A stretch of DNA of 64,000 nucleotides, taken from Amoeboaphelidium protococcarum X5 (lineage: Eukaryota > Fungi > Aphelidiomycota). Below the pieces are notes generated by a model. The model had not been told where the DNA came from. It worked only from the letters and a program-made list of their open reading frames with translations, and did no database searches. Below, piece by piece: positions 27,687-38,825 of this stretch. How positions within the stretch are numbered: the first letter of the stretch is position 1; each line of letters starts with the position of its first letter. The translations under genes were made by a program, and so were the position numbers. The stretch covers positions 99,305 through 163,304 of the forward strand of contig JALDTO010000235.1 in the NCBI GenBank assembly GCA_023515725.1, given 5' to 3'.

Positions 27687-28601
27687 ATGATTAGATAGCT
27701 GGGATTTGATATACTTGCTACGGAGATCTTACCATGTCTAAATGAAATAGATGTCTTAAATTTTGCATTGACCTGTAAAGAGATGCATGCGGTCGTTGAA
27801 GATGATTACAGCTGGTAGCTTCTGTGCAAGAGGCGATTCAGTCATTTCAAACTGGAAGATGGCGAGTCTTATGTTGAAGCTTATAAGCGGCTGTGTTGTC
27901 GATTAATTTCATTCACCACATTTAATATTACCTGGCTCGATGGACGGTATTGGGATATTGTGGATGCTGAAGTGGAAGATTCCCTGTTCCGCAAAGTGGC
28001 TGATTTGAGTATGGTTTGCTGGTTTGATGTGCGTAAAACTATTTAATCAGTTGCATAAGGGGACTACTAGGTGATTTATAGATTGAAACTGGACTCCCAA
28101 GCGAGATCTTTCCAATAGTGCACATTCAGTGCGATTCCACTCAAGGCTGCTGATTCAATTACAGTCGATGCCCAGGCGTCCGATTTTAATGAAGATTAAC
28201 CACTGTTGGTTGATGACATGGAGAACGCGTCCATTTTACAAACCAGTTCTGTATTTCCAGAGATTGAAGGCTGTGGATATTAGTTGATCAGTAATATGCA
28301 AGATGTACTTAGAGTGTCATTACCGTTTCAGGACGTGAAAATTGAGCTTATTGACCATAGCGGCCTGTGGAAAGGACCAATGTCTTTAGATTGTGTGTAC
28401 TTGCACCATGTTTGTGATGGAAAGCTTCTAGATAGTAAGCAAGATTTGTATGCTGCATTCGAAAACTATCAACGCAAGGTAATTCCTGACGCAGATTAAA
28501 TTTTACCACCGTAACGTCAAGAATCTTCACCGCTGACGGTCGCGGATTAAACTACGGCCACTAATGAACATGAAGAATAACCAAGATGCTTGATTGTTTG
28601 A
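27687..28601 (+). CDS. F-box protein with PP2/Nictaba-like lectin domain and C-terminal CaaX
   Basis: F-box ILATEILPCLNEIDVLNFALTCK; PP2-like NITWLDGRYW..SLFRKVADLSMVCWFDV..DHSGLWKG; ends PRCLIV-TGA. Confidence 0.72.
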
Positions 28602-28835
28602 CTATTTAAATCACCAAGTTGTAATGAATGAAAATGTCGATTTACTTGTACGGTACCTTTTATAATACGCAGTGCGTCGTTAATCACACTAAAAACGCGT
28701 CCTCTCTTTCTGTTTCACTTTGAAACTCAACTTATCCTGCAGTATCTCTCTTACGCATTGTGAGCGCTTTATCATAAAGCAGTTTTAGTGTAATCTTTAT
28801 TATCTTATTATCTCTATAGAAGAGCAGTAATTATC

Positions 28836-29273
28836 ATGATGAATCTGTAAACTCCAGCTAAAGCTTTCGGTGCTTAAAGTATCCCGTCTAAACGGTACAC
28901 CAAGAATGAGTTGGACTGCATATTAACCAATTTAGAAATGGAGTACAAGAGCAAATTGTCTCAACTATAAATGCAGTATGACATGATGGAAAGGGAAATA
29001 AAGTGCCTCCTAGACAGTGAGTATTCAATTCTGAGCCATGAAGCACTGAAAATGAATATTATCGACTATTTGAAGCAATAAAAGAGTGCTGATAATGCAG
29101 CAACAATGGAAGAATAGTTATCGAAGAGCAAGGCGTAGACGCAAGAAATTGAAGTTGAAATTCTAGTCAAAGGTGAAAAAGTGAAACACGATCAGATCAG
29201 ACATTTAGACTCTAATGCGAAGGCTACCATCAAAGCTTAATTGATTGAAGTCTTGGAAATTCTTAATGAATGA
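28836..29273 (+). CDS. Borealin/Nbl1-like chromosomal passenger subunit
   Basis: 145 aa; helical LTNLEMEYKSKLSQLQ...EALKMNIIDY and C-terminal IRHLDSNAKATIKAQL resemble the borealin N- and C-terminal segments; ACGCGT upstream at 28695. Confidence 0.5.
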
Positions 29274-29286
29274 ACATACTCGTGTT

Positions 29287-29327
29287 TACGGAATCCGAGA
29301 GCCGCAAAAGCGCGTCGCTATTTAAAA
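29287..29327 (+). repeat. Left terminal inverted repeat of the transposon
   Basis: TACGGAATCCGAGAGCCGCAAAAGCGCGTCGCTATTTAAAA; core CGAGAGCCGCAA repeated subterminally near 29376. Confidence 0.88.
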
Positions 29328-30076
29328 AGCAGAAACGAATATTTGTTTCTTACAACTGTTTTTGTTTTTAATGTTCGAGAGCCGCAATCAGTGCCTCACA
29401 TTAATACATAACGTTTTTGCACTTGTAATACGCGAATGCGACTTAACAAATTGATTAATTTTTGTGATTACTTTCTTATTTATATCATGCTGCAAAATCA
29501 AATGTATTAGTCATGCACCGTGTGTGTGTTGCTTTACTTTAATGTGCAACTTGCGCAACTGCAGCAGTATTGGTGTAAATATCTCAAGATTTTTAATATA
29601 GCAGTATTTGCTCCGCTTCTCTAGTAAAGAAATATATGCACCAAACCTCAAGCAAAAATTTGCAAACTGTTTGTGAGTAGTGGTTGCTCGATCTTTGTCA
29701 CAACTGATTGCTTGATGCGTTAATCTCGAAACTGGCGCTTGCAATTTAACAGTAAGTAAGCGATTATTTGTGATAAATTGTTTTGATACTGAATGATACT
29801 TTATTATCTCTTACACACTATTCACTAAACTACTTTTTAACAACGTACAATCTTATTTGCGAGATAAGCATACAGGTATAAGCAATGCAGCATTGGGACG
29901 CCGTAGTGTTGTCATTACTTGCTGCGCCACCCCCCTTACGCCACTCTAAGATCTTACGCAATCATATTATTAATAACAGCTCTCATAGTTCAGATAACTA
30001 AAACGCGACAAATATACGCAATCTCTTTAGTTGATATCTATATCCTAGTGTCTTTTGAATAGAATCAGTATCAAGC

Positions 30077-32092
30077 ATGTTTAATCCGTTGTAAGATGTG
30101 TTATGTCCCAATTCGTCCGGACTCAAAAGGGAGGACTGTCATTGTGCTGGATGTAAATCTTGGCAATAGGCGCAAGCCTAGTTGATGCATTCACAAATGC
30201 AATTTGAGTAAAAGAAAAAGCTTGCGGTGCAGACAAGAACCGAGTCAATGGTAAATAGATTGCACAGTGGATACCAGACTAAGCCGCCGCCCCCTGTTCA
30301 TAGAAACGGTCCTGGTAGTGGAAATAGAGGTTTGACGCGTAAAAACGCGCTGGTGCAAATTAGCATTGTCCCTTGTATTTCAGGATCAAAGGTTGGATAA
30401 TTTAAGCGTCTGGAAAATGTTGGCCCATAGATGATTTAGATTGACAAGTATAATGACAATTATCAATCTGTCTTAGCATAAGCTTGTGCATTGTTTCACT
30501 ATCAAGTTGAGCAATCGTCAATTGGACAAAGTCAAATCCACCAAATCCCCTAATTTGGAGTTGATTTTGACGTAATATAATGGACCCAGAATATTCAATT
30601 GGCAGGATGTAAGTATACCTCTAATAAGGATAAGGTGCTATATTTGATTCCGTTGGTTGAAAGCAATCGCGTGTAATTGCATCCTAGTTTAAAGAGAAAC
30701 TATGAGTCTCTACAGTAGCTGAATTTTTTGAATGTCGAGGACTTTGATTACTAGTATGGTTTGCCAGATGAGAAGATGCAGGATAAGGATGATTTTGAAA
30801 TTGTTGAACCGACGCGTACTTTAGATGAGCCTATTATTCAACCTGTCAAGCCTGTCAAAAAGATCAAATCTGCGCAGGAGTCTACGATCATACCTGTCAG
30901 TTCAAATGTTGCGAGAAATAGTTAGATTGAACATAAGAATAAGTTTTGCTAGTTTGAAAACATTTCCAAGGTGTCCCCTCAGCGTGTAATAAAAAATACG
31001 CGCTCCTTGTAAGGCAGTGTGGTTGTGCATGTCTACGACTATGAAACAGGCTCCTGGTTCACTGAGGATCCAGGAGTAGTTGGAATGCCAGATCTGGCAG
31101 GAAAGACTAACAAAGGGAATATAAAAAGATGCTACTATAATGGATCTCTGGTCAAGTTTTTTCCAGATCTGCCAGTAGTCTTTAAGTGCGCAATTGATAA
31201 GGATGACGATGATTATGGATTACATGCTAGGGAAATATTAAACTCTGTTTGCGCTCAAAGGTGCTTCCTAGATTTTGACGCGGAATTGATTAAGACGCTG
31301 CTGGGTTAAGAATATCTATAGGTTGCTGGTGAGTAGCGTGGAGTTTGTGCTGGCGTGATGCTGGAGATTAGAGACAAATAAAATGAGGAATTTGGTGATA
31401 TGGTGGATCTAGCAAAGATATGGACAGTTGAACCCTTCGTAGATGGCCAATTTGTGAAGTATATCGACAACGAGCATTTTATGCAAATTTGTGATGATGA
31501 TCAGACTTATGAGGAGAACTTTCGTGAAGAAGTGGCCTGGGCTTTTGCCCATTACTCCTATTATTGGTTTGAGAAGGAGAACTACGAGTAAATGATAGTT
31601 GATATTCAAGGCTCTAAGTGTCACTTTACAGATCTTTAGGTGTGCACTGTCAATGGCACCGATTGCAGTATTGGCAATATGGGTTTACCAGCAATTGTGA
31701 AGTTCTTCGTTATGCACTAGTGCAATTAGATTTGCAAGGCTTTGCATTTAGATGTCGCGACCATTCCGTCTTTAGTAATGGAGAAGATTATGGAAGATTC
31801 TCTCTTAATGGATAAATTCGAGTCCACTGTGTTTGGATCTCCAGCATAGGCCGCTCCTAATCCTCTTGGATAGTAGAAGACATCATTGAAGTCGGATGTC
31901 TCCATAACTTCTGTGTCTAAACAGGTAGAAGTTAATAATCAAGCCACTCAGGATTTGCAGATAGTAAAGGAGAAATCTAAGATTAAGTTGGTGGATCCTA
32001 TTGTTAAAAACATACGTCCGTCTAGCAGAAGACCTAATACGCGTGCTAAAAATGCTGCGTAGAAGAAATTGCCAACTTTGACTGAGGATTGA
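30077..32092 (+). CDS. Alpha-kinase (eEF2K/MHCK family), 671 aa, inside the transposon
   Basis: Intronless open frame; VVFK, VEPFVDGQFVKY, AFAHYSY, VDIQG, TDLQV, GNMG, HQCNQIC. Confidence 0.9.
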
Positions 32093-32177
32093 GTATTTAG
32101 TAGCTCTGGTGGAGTTAACAATGAGTACGTAAAGATAGTAATAGCAATAAGAAATTTTTAATTATTCAGACCATTCT

Positions 32178-33557
32178 TCACTAAGCAATTTCCTACCCTC
32201 TCACTTACTATTCTGCTATCAACAATTAATCTCTAAATGCATCCAGCGCGCTTACGAGATCGCCATCGGACACTAAAGCCTTGAACACATCTTGACAATT
32301 GTCAAAGGTAAGTTGATCAAAACCTTTCTCTATAACAACTTCATCAATAAGATGCCTAGCGTAATTAATTCTAAACCTATCATTCATATCTATAGTACTT
32401 GGTCCAAACAATTGAATAGCCATATCACGCATGTCTTGAGGAGGCTCCAAACCACATTCTACTCCATCAAACATCTCGGGAACTTGATAACGCATGATGG
32501 GCTGTCCTTGATTTCGAATCTTATGGTAATTCCACAAGGTGGTAATTTTATCTAAACACTCAGCGATATAATGTCCAAAACAATACTGAGAAATTGTCTT
32601 ATGAGAATAAAGCGTGGTATTAAAATAACCTGCAAAGTGAAGATTGTTCAGCGTTCCTATCCAATATTCAAGCCCATAATGATTCTATCTGCCCCAGTAA
32701 CTTTCTATACGCGTATTGAAATTGGATGAACCCACAATATAAGAGTTCTCACCTACCAATATTTCTTGCAATTACTTGATGTAATTGTTCTCAGTTCCGC
32801 CATCAACACGAACTTTTCCAGGCATAACATTGCATTTGTCAGCCGCATCCAGAAAATATTCCAGTATGTAACGCGCGGGCCTATTCGTATCTGCGACCAT
32901 ACTAAACACAACATACCTACTAAAACCATCTACACACGCACTTATTCCAAAGCCAAACTACGACAGCTTATCGAAGCCATCTATATGCCACACTTAATTA
33001 GGACCATCATTTTAATATTCACGGCGTTTCAACTTGCGCCTTTTACGCATTTACACAGCCTCTGGATTGTCGAATCTTTAGCAAACCATAACCATGTCTC
33101 GAGATACTTATTGGCCTGATAGTTCACGAAGGACTTATGTAGTTGATCTAATTCCCAATCTTTCACCTTCATCCTGATTTACAACATGCACTAAATCCAA
33201 AACTTCGACAGGAGATAGCGCACAATGTCTCGTTCCAATTTAATGCTGCGACAAAATCGATTGCAAAGTCCTTAAGGACATTTAAATATTATGCTTCTAT
33301 TTCAGCCAATCCAATAATTATTGTTAAGTGGACCCGCCATTAATTAGATGGCGAGCTTCTTCAATCCAATGTTCACTTTAATCCGCAAATGTGGCTCTAT
33401 TTAAAGCAGTACTCAATCCATGTTCAGTCATAAACCGGTCCAATTTGGACTTGGAGCAGATTGTTCCACTAGAATTTAGAGTATCTAAAATTTCCTTGCG
33501 CTTCAAACCTTAATTTACTAACTGCCGTACCTGTTCCAAGTCGATTTCTTAAGACAT
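32178..33557 (-). CDS. DDE transposase (integrase core with N-terminal Clr5/HTH-like repeats), 459 aa, intact
   Basis: KRREYQNDGPNQVWHIDGFDKL, VDGFSR, VRVDGGTEN, GSSNFNTRIESYW, WNYHKIR; no in-frame TGA. Confidence 0.92.
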
Positions 33558-33731
33558 TTTGCTGCAAAAAATGAATTCGAGTTAAGATGTCCCCTATTAT
33601 AAGGCGGATATAGTGCATGATAAGAAACAAAATAGCAATGAATTTATTTTTAAAATTACAAAACAAAATAAAAATTAAAAATCATTTAAAATATTAATGG
33701 GAACTTTCATTTTACTTTCTATGTTTAGTAA

Positions 33732-33772
33732 TTTTAAACTGCGAGGCGGTTTTGCGTTTCTCGAACTCCGTA
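33732..33772 (-). repeat. Right terminal inverted repeat of the transposon
   Basis: Reverse complement TACGGAGTTCGAGAAACGCAAAACCGCCTCGCAGTTTAAAA. Confidence 0.88.
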
Positions 33773-33793
33773 CGTGTTTATATTTCAGAAAAG

Positions 33794-34226
33794 TCATTTC
33801 TTATTCATTTTCTTGATTAGAAGTGAAGTGCTCTAGCTTGAAGATACTTGAGGATCTTTCTTGATCACACTCAATCTGCCAATCTGATGGGATTTCGACG
33901 CCAGAGAAGATTCAATATGCCGTCCTATAGCTGCTGATAATTTCTACAGACATTGCAATTAAAAATATGATTACCAATTGCTATGGTATAGTGGGTCTTT
34001 GTCTAAAATTACCTTTTAAGTTTTTTGCTTCTTTATCAGCATGGGCTTCTTTGGATTGATTACAATGCCTACAACCATTCATCATCTAAATCATAATTAT
34101 AATTCAACGTCGATCTATCGATAACATACCAACTGATGGCTTCTTTTACTGAGACTATTTCTGCTTTTACTTTTACTAATTCTGTCCATTAGTAGACTTC
34201 TTTTTGACAAACGATCCTTGTGCCAT
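33794..34226 (-). CDS. UPF0390 / C19orf53-like small basic protein
   Basis: Spliced MAQGSFVKKK...INPKKPMLIKKQKTQKKLSAAIGRHIESSLASK; introns 34069-34129 and 33944-34012. Confidence 0.75.
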
Positions 34227-34299
34227 CTATCAGTGAAATTTACGCGTTTTTCTCTAAAAAAGGTGTTAACGCTCATTCAATAAACTTTTGAGATAGAAG

Positions 34300-34737
34300 A
34301 TGACTTGGATTTAGAGAACTATAACCATAAAAGGAAAAACACAGGGATGTCATTTAATTACAGACTCAGTTACTTCCTAGGTACCGGAACTAAAACGCAT
34401 CAAGGTTGGCTTGGCGCATCTGTTTCTGCAACATACATCTGCATCGCTCACTTTAAATGAGAATGCTGATCCAGACGTTCGAGCTGATATGGATAGAGTT
34501 TTAAAGCATATTGTGCCCGCTCCTTCTTCGCAGATCATCAAGTATTAGCATTTGGATGAAGGTGACGACGATATGCCTGCCCATGCCATGTGCAGCCTAT
34601 TGGGAGCTAGCTTGACAATTCCAATCACAGATGGACGTTTGAACTTGGGCACTTGGCAAGGCATTTGGTTGTGCGAGCATCGACAATAAGCGCATACACG
34701 TCGCATTGTTATCACAATACAAGGCTAAGAGTATTGA
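34300..34737 (+). CDS. UPF0047 / YjbQ family protein
   Basis: [49 protein letters not shown]. Confidence 0.92.
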
Positions 34738-34917
34738 ATTTATTAATATTATAAATTTGTAATGAAACCTTGTCGCGTAAATCTTGAGGTTGGCGCTTTT
34801 AAACTAAAGATTTATTTGTGCTTAACCTAAATTTAACGTGATTAAAAAGTCAAGAAAAGTATGATAGAAATTAAAAGAGGATTTATTCATTGCGAGAGTA
34901 TTTCATATTAGATGTAA

Positions 34918-35220
34918 TCAGTTGTAACTCATGTCCTTCTTCACGTTACCTTGTTCGCGCTGCAGCTTACCCTCAGCCTCGGTAGAGTCGTTGGTCAGAC
35001 CGCCGAAAGTCTGCTTAGCACCTCCGACAACCTGGTCCTTGACACCCTCAGCATACTGCTTGTTCTGTGCAGCCTTGTACTCAGCATGGCCTTCAGTGTT
35101 CTGCAAGTTACCCTTGGCAGCCATCTCGCGATTTCCGACCAAGTTACCCATGGTCTCCTTGACAGCACCGGAAGCGATGTTAGCGTTAGCGTTCATTCTT
35201 GATGGTTCAGTATTAGTCAT
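34918..35220 (-). CDS. CsbD-like / Hmp1-like hydrophilic stress protein, paralog 1
   Basis: EPSRMNAN..GAVKETMGNLVG..EGHAEYKAAQNKQYAEGVKDQVVG. Confidence 0.75.
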   Translation of the reverse strand: MTNTEPSRMNANANIASGAVKETMGNLVGNREMAAKGNLQNTEGHAEYKAAQNKQYAEGVKDQVVGGAKQTFGGLTNDSTEAEGKLQREQGNVKKDMSYN

Positions 35221-35763
35221 TTTTAGATTTAGTTCAGATTATTATTGTTATTATTATTGATTCTTGTAGAAGGAAAAGATACAAATTGCCCGTAGATGCG
35301 AATTTATAGTGCATGTTGAATCATCAGCAACTCCTGACAGTGACACGGCATCGGTGTCATCAGTGAGATTCATCTGAAACGAGGGCGATGATTGATGAAG
35401 ATCACCTGATCCGTGAGATTTGGCCTATCCTTAAATTGGGCAGAGATACGTATAGATAATTAGAGACTTTATTTATAGTCAATATTGAGGTCTTGATGCA
35501 CGAGTTGGTACGTGTTCTTACGCAGTGTACTAAGTCTACTGATACGAAATTTGATGTGTTTCCCAAATTCTGTTATACTGCGCTGTGGTGTTTAGTCTTC
35601 ACTGATGTTTCAGGGGTAGTGTGTGAATATGTCTTGTCATCTGAGTATCTATCGATTCAAGAAGAAGGAAGTGAAAGCAAAACTGAATCGAATTAGAAAG
35701 TTTCAATTATTCATTATCTCAATATTCACAAGCCACTCATTACAGTAATTCTCTAATAAGCAA

Positions 35764-36168
35764 TCAGAACTCAGACATCTTCTACTTGCTTTCACCAATC
35801 GTTTGATCAAAGCGACCCTCATCAGACGCAGTACCAATGTTAGAAGAGTCAGTCAAACCAGAGGAACCCAGTCCAGTAGAGCCTAAGCCAGAACTGTCGT
35901 TGCCAGTCAAAGGCGCGTTGCTCTCAGTCCAGTCATTGCGGTTCTCAGAGATGCCAGTGAACTCTTCAGCCTTGCCCTTCCATTCTTGACCCTTGCCTTC
36001 AGCATACTGCTAATTTTGCACAGCTTCGTACTCAGCTTCGCCTTCCAGTTTTTGAGCTACTCCAGATTTAGATAAATCCTCTGCACCCATCAAATTACCC
36101 AAACCTTCTTTAGCCTTGCCCATATAGATATCCTTGGTAGCATTCACGCGAGATGGTTCTCCAGACAT
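35764..36168 (-). CDS. CsbD-like / Hmp1-like hydrophilic stress protein, paralog 2
   Basis: MSGEPSRVNAT..GKAKEGLGNLMG..EGEAEYEAVQNQQYAEG, clearly homologous to 34918-35220. Confidence 0.75.
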
Positions 36169-36939
36169 TGTTAATCTTGGTATCGTTAGATATTCAGGTA
36201 TGTAAAACTCGATATTCTAAACTATTAAAAGAGTATAGTTGTAAGTAGAAGAGAAGAAGATGTGTCAGTATTACGTCACTTTATCCAGTTCCATATTGAT
36301 TCACACCCGCCATCACGTAAACAAAGCAATCACCCAAACAGTGCATTCAGTGCAGTCATTCACACGGTATTCATCACTCATCATCACGCAAACAATGGAT
36401 ATCTGGCTCTGAGCGATCCAACGCTCAAAACAATACGATGTAGTCCTCAACAAGAAGCGCCCAGTTGACTCTATTATTTATGAAGAGAGCGTGTGGTAGT
36501 GCACCTCAAAGTTAAGTGCTTCGCTACAATTCTGTTAGACGAGTGGAATGTGTCGAAGGTTATTAGAGTTGAGTTCATCAAGGAGTGATCAAGCAGACGC
36601 GCCTCTTTCCCAGAGGAACCGATTAACATGACTTTAGTGAATATTATGAGTGAATAAAATAGTAATGGAAGCTGTGTCTTCTCTCCGAGCTTGTATGCTC
36701 ATCCTGGCTGTGTTTCCCATCAGGACAGTTTTTCCAAATCTTCTGGTGTCCTCTCTGCTATGCTCAGTGACCCACCTATCATTTACTGTTTACTGTCGGC
36801 GCGGTTAGTCATAAGGCACAACTTTACGTTTGAGGTGATGCGAACAATGATCTCATCACCGACCAGTTTGATCTTGCGCTGGCGCTGCGATATTTAAGCA
36901 CTTATTTTCTCTCTTCTTCGTTAGTTTCTTCTAATTGTA

Positions 36940-38460
36940 CGCATGTCTGAAATCAATAAATGCTAATACGAAGGTCAAGTTTTACATTTTGTCTGTCTAG
37001 AATTGTTCATAACCATATACGTGTAGGATTTGTTAATGACTGCTGATTAGGCTCGCTGATCTTCTCGAATTGGGATGTATCAAAGCATTTCTACGGAAGC
37101 ACAGTAATCATGTAGCAAGCGGGAACTTTGTGACTGTCATGCAGTACTGTAATCACAGTATTGACAGCTTCGCAATTTTCAGAGCAAATACGAAAGGGGA
37201 ATCTGATTAGGAATTCTGATCAGACCCACATTGCTGATTACTGTGTGAAAGGGACTTGTGGGCGAGCGGTTTGCCGTTTCCATCTCATTAAATTGAGAAC
37301 AAAAATCGGTGTGCCTGAATACCGACTTGGAGCGCAATGATTACTTTGCTGAGTAACGCGTGTCTCCTTGCTCAAGAACTGCAAAGCCTCAAGCTGTCAT
37401 CAATCATCTGGCTGTATTGAACTCTCTAGTGCACAAGGCTTTAGCATCGCATGTGGATCGCGATTACTACGTGGTCATCACTAGAAAATTAAAAGTCTCT
37501 CTTATGCGTTTGTTGCTATGCTTAATGTACCGTGTGAACTTTTGCCACGATCCTTGAGTAACGATCAAGAAATCAAAGTGGTGATTTGCAGTGCAATGAC
37601 ACAGCCGCAAAAAGCTGCAGTGATGCGTAAATTTGAGTGTAAACAGATAATTTATGAATGACTCGTGGTGGAGCGCTCTCAAGAAGTTGGCTAATACGAA
37701 AAAGTATGAAGATCCATGGAAAATTCGCGTGCTCATATGGAACACGGGCTAAGGATCTAGTGAGTCTTTTGAGATGTTTTTAGACGCGTGCTCTCAATGT
37801 GGTTATTTGGAATTCTTTGACTGGGAGATAACTCCAATGAAGCTCCGTAAAGGCTACACTTTGTCTCGTGTGATGTGGCTAGATATGTGTTCTAGTCATT
37901 GCAAAGGGTAGTGTCATTCAGCCAGTTTCATACTGTGCCAGAATTTGAGAAGACTGTTAAAGGGGCCAAAATCGTTGGCAATGCTGCTGGCTAACAGTTT
38001 GAAAAACCTACTGTTAATTTCTTCAAGCAAATTGTTATATCGAATAGCAATGTCAGGTTCCGTGGGATTAACAGATCCGAAATGATCTGGAAATTTATGC
38101 GTGATCCTTATTTTGACTATTCTGCTAATTAAATTGATGGGCAGGATGATTTGGAAACGTTGGATGAAGCCGAAACAGATGACAATGGTGGAAGTACCGA
38201 ATCTATTTTGCTCCTTGCTGTCGTGATGAAGAAGTTTTGCGATGATAATAAACGGCCTTATTTGTTTCGTGTGAGTTGATAGCTGGACGCACTTTATTAA
38301 GAAATGTGCTTTATATGACGACGTCAATATTAAATCTACTGTAGAAGTAGTCGAGATAAAAGATCTGAGGCAATCTTTGGCAACTGAAGGATAACTGAAA
38401 GTCTTGTGGCACTTCGTGATGGAAAGCGGTAAATTCTATCTTATGAACGAATAATATAAA
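36940..38460 (+). pseudogene. Decayed coding-like region, possibly a Helitron N-terminal (DUF6570-like) remnant
   Basis: Frame-switching fragments with TGA stops; weak resemblance in VPEYRLGA..ELQSL..NVPCELLPRSL..IKVVICSAMTQPQK. Confidence 0.25.
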
Positions 38461-38825
38461 TGAAGCAATAACTTTATTTCAGATTTGTATGCTCATCGGC
38501 ATTGTGTTTTGAATATTGTGGTGTCATCACTGGTGTGCTCCGTCATTCATCTAACAATCTGGTGTAAACAAACCGTTTCGCTCAATCCAACTCATACAAC
38601 ACGTATTCATCGCTCAGAGAGAAATATTTAAAATAAAAATGAAGCGCCTCGTGCTCATGTTCAAAAATATATATGGCGCGATTAAAATAAAAATTAAAGT
38701 TCGTATTTCAATCCGCCATTGTATTTGTGTATATTGAATCTCTTTGTGTTACCACCGCTGTTCTCTTTTCAACCAACGCCGCTCAACGTTCTACTCGGTG
38801 CAAATTCTAGTCTATAAAAACTTTG

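Larger units (their letters stand above)
29287..33772. mobile_element. Complete IS3EU-like DNA transposon, 4486 bp, two convergent ORFs
   Basis: Termini TACGGA...TCCGTA; imperfect TIRs (33/41 matches by hand); 6-bp TSD CGTGTT at 29281-29286 and 33773-33778; internal DDE transposase. Confidence 0.9.

Noticed and set aside
32560-32580. Apparent frameshift in the DDE transposase
   Set aside because: Re-reading gives GGA CAT TAT ATC GCT; start and stop are in the same frame, so the gene is intact
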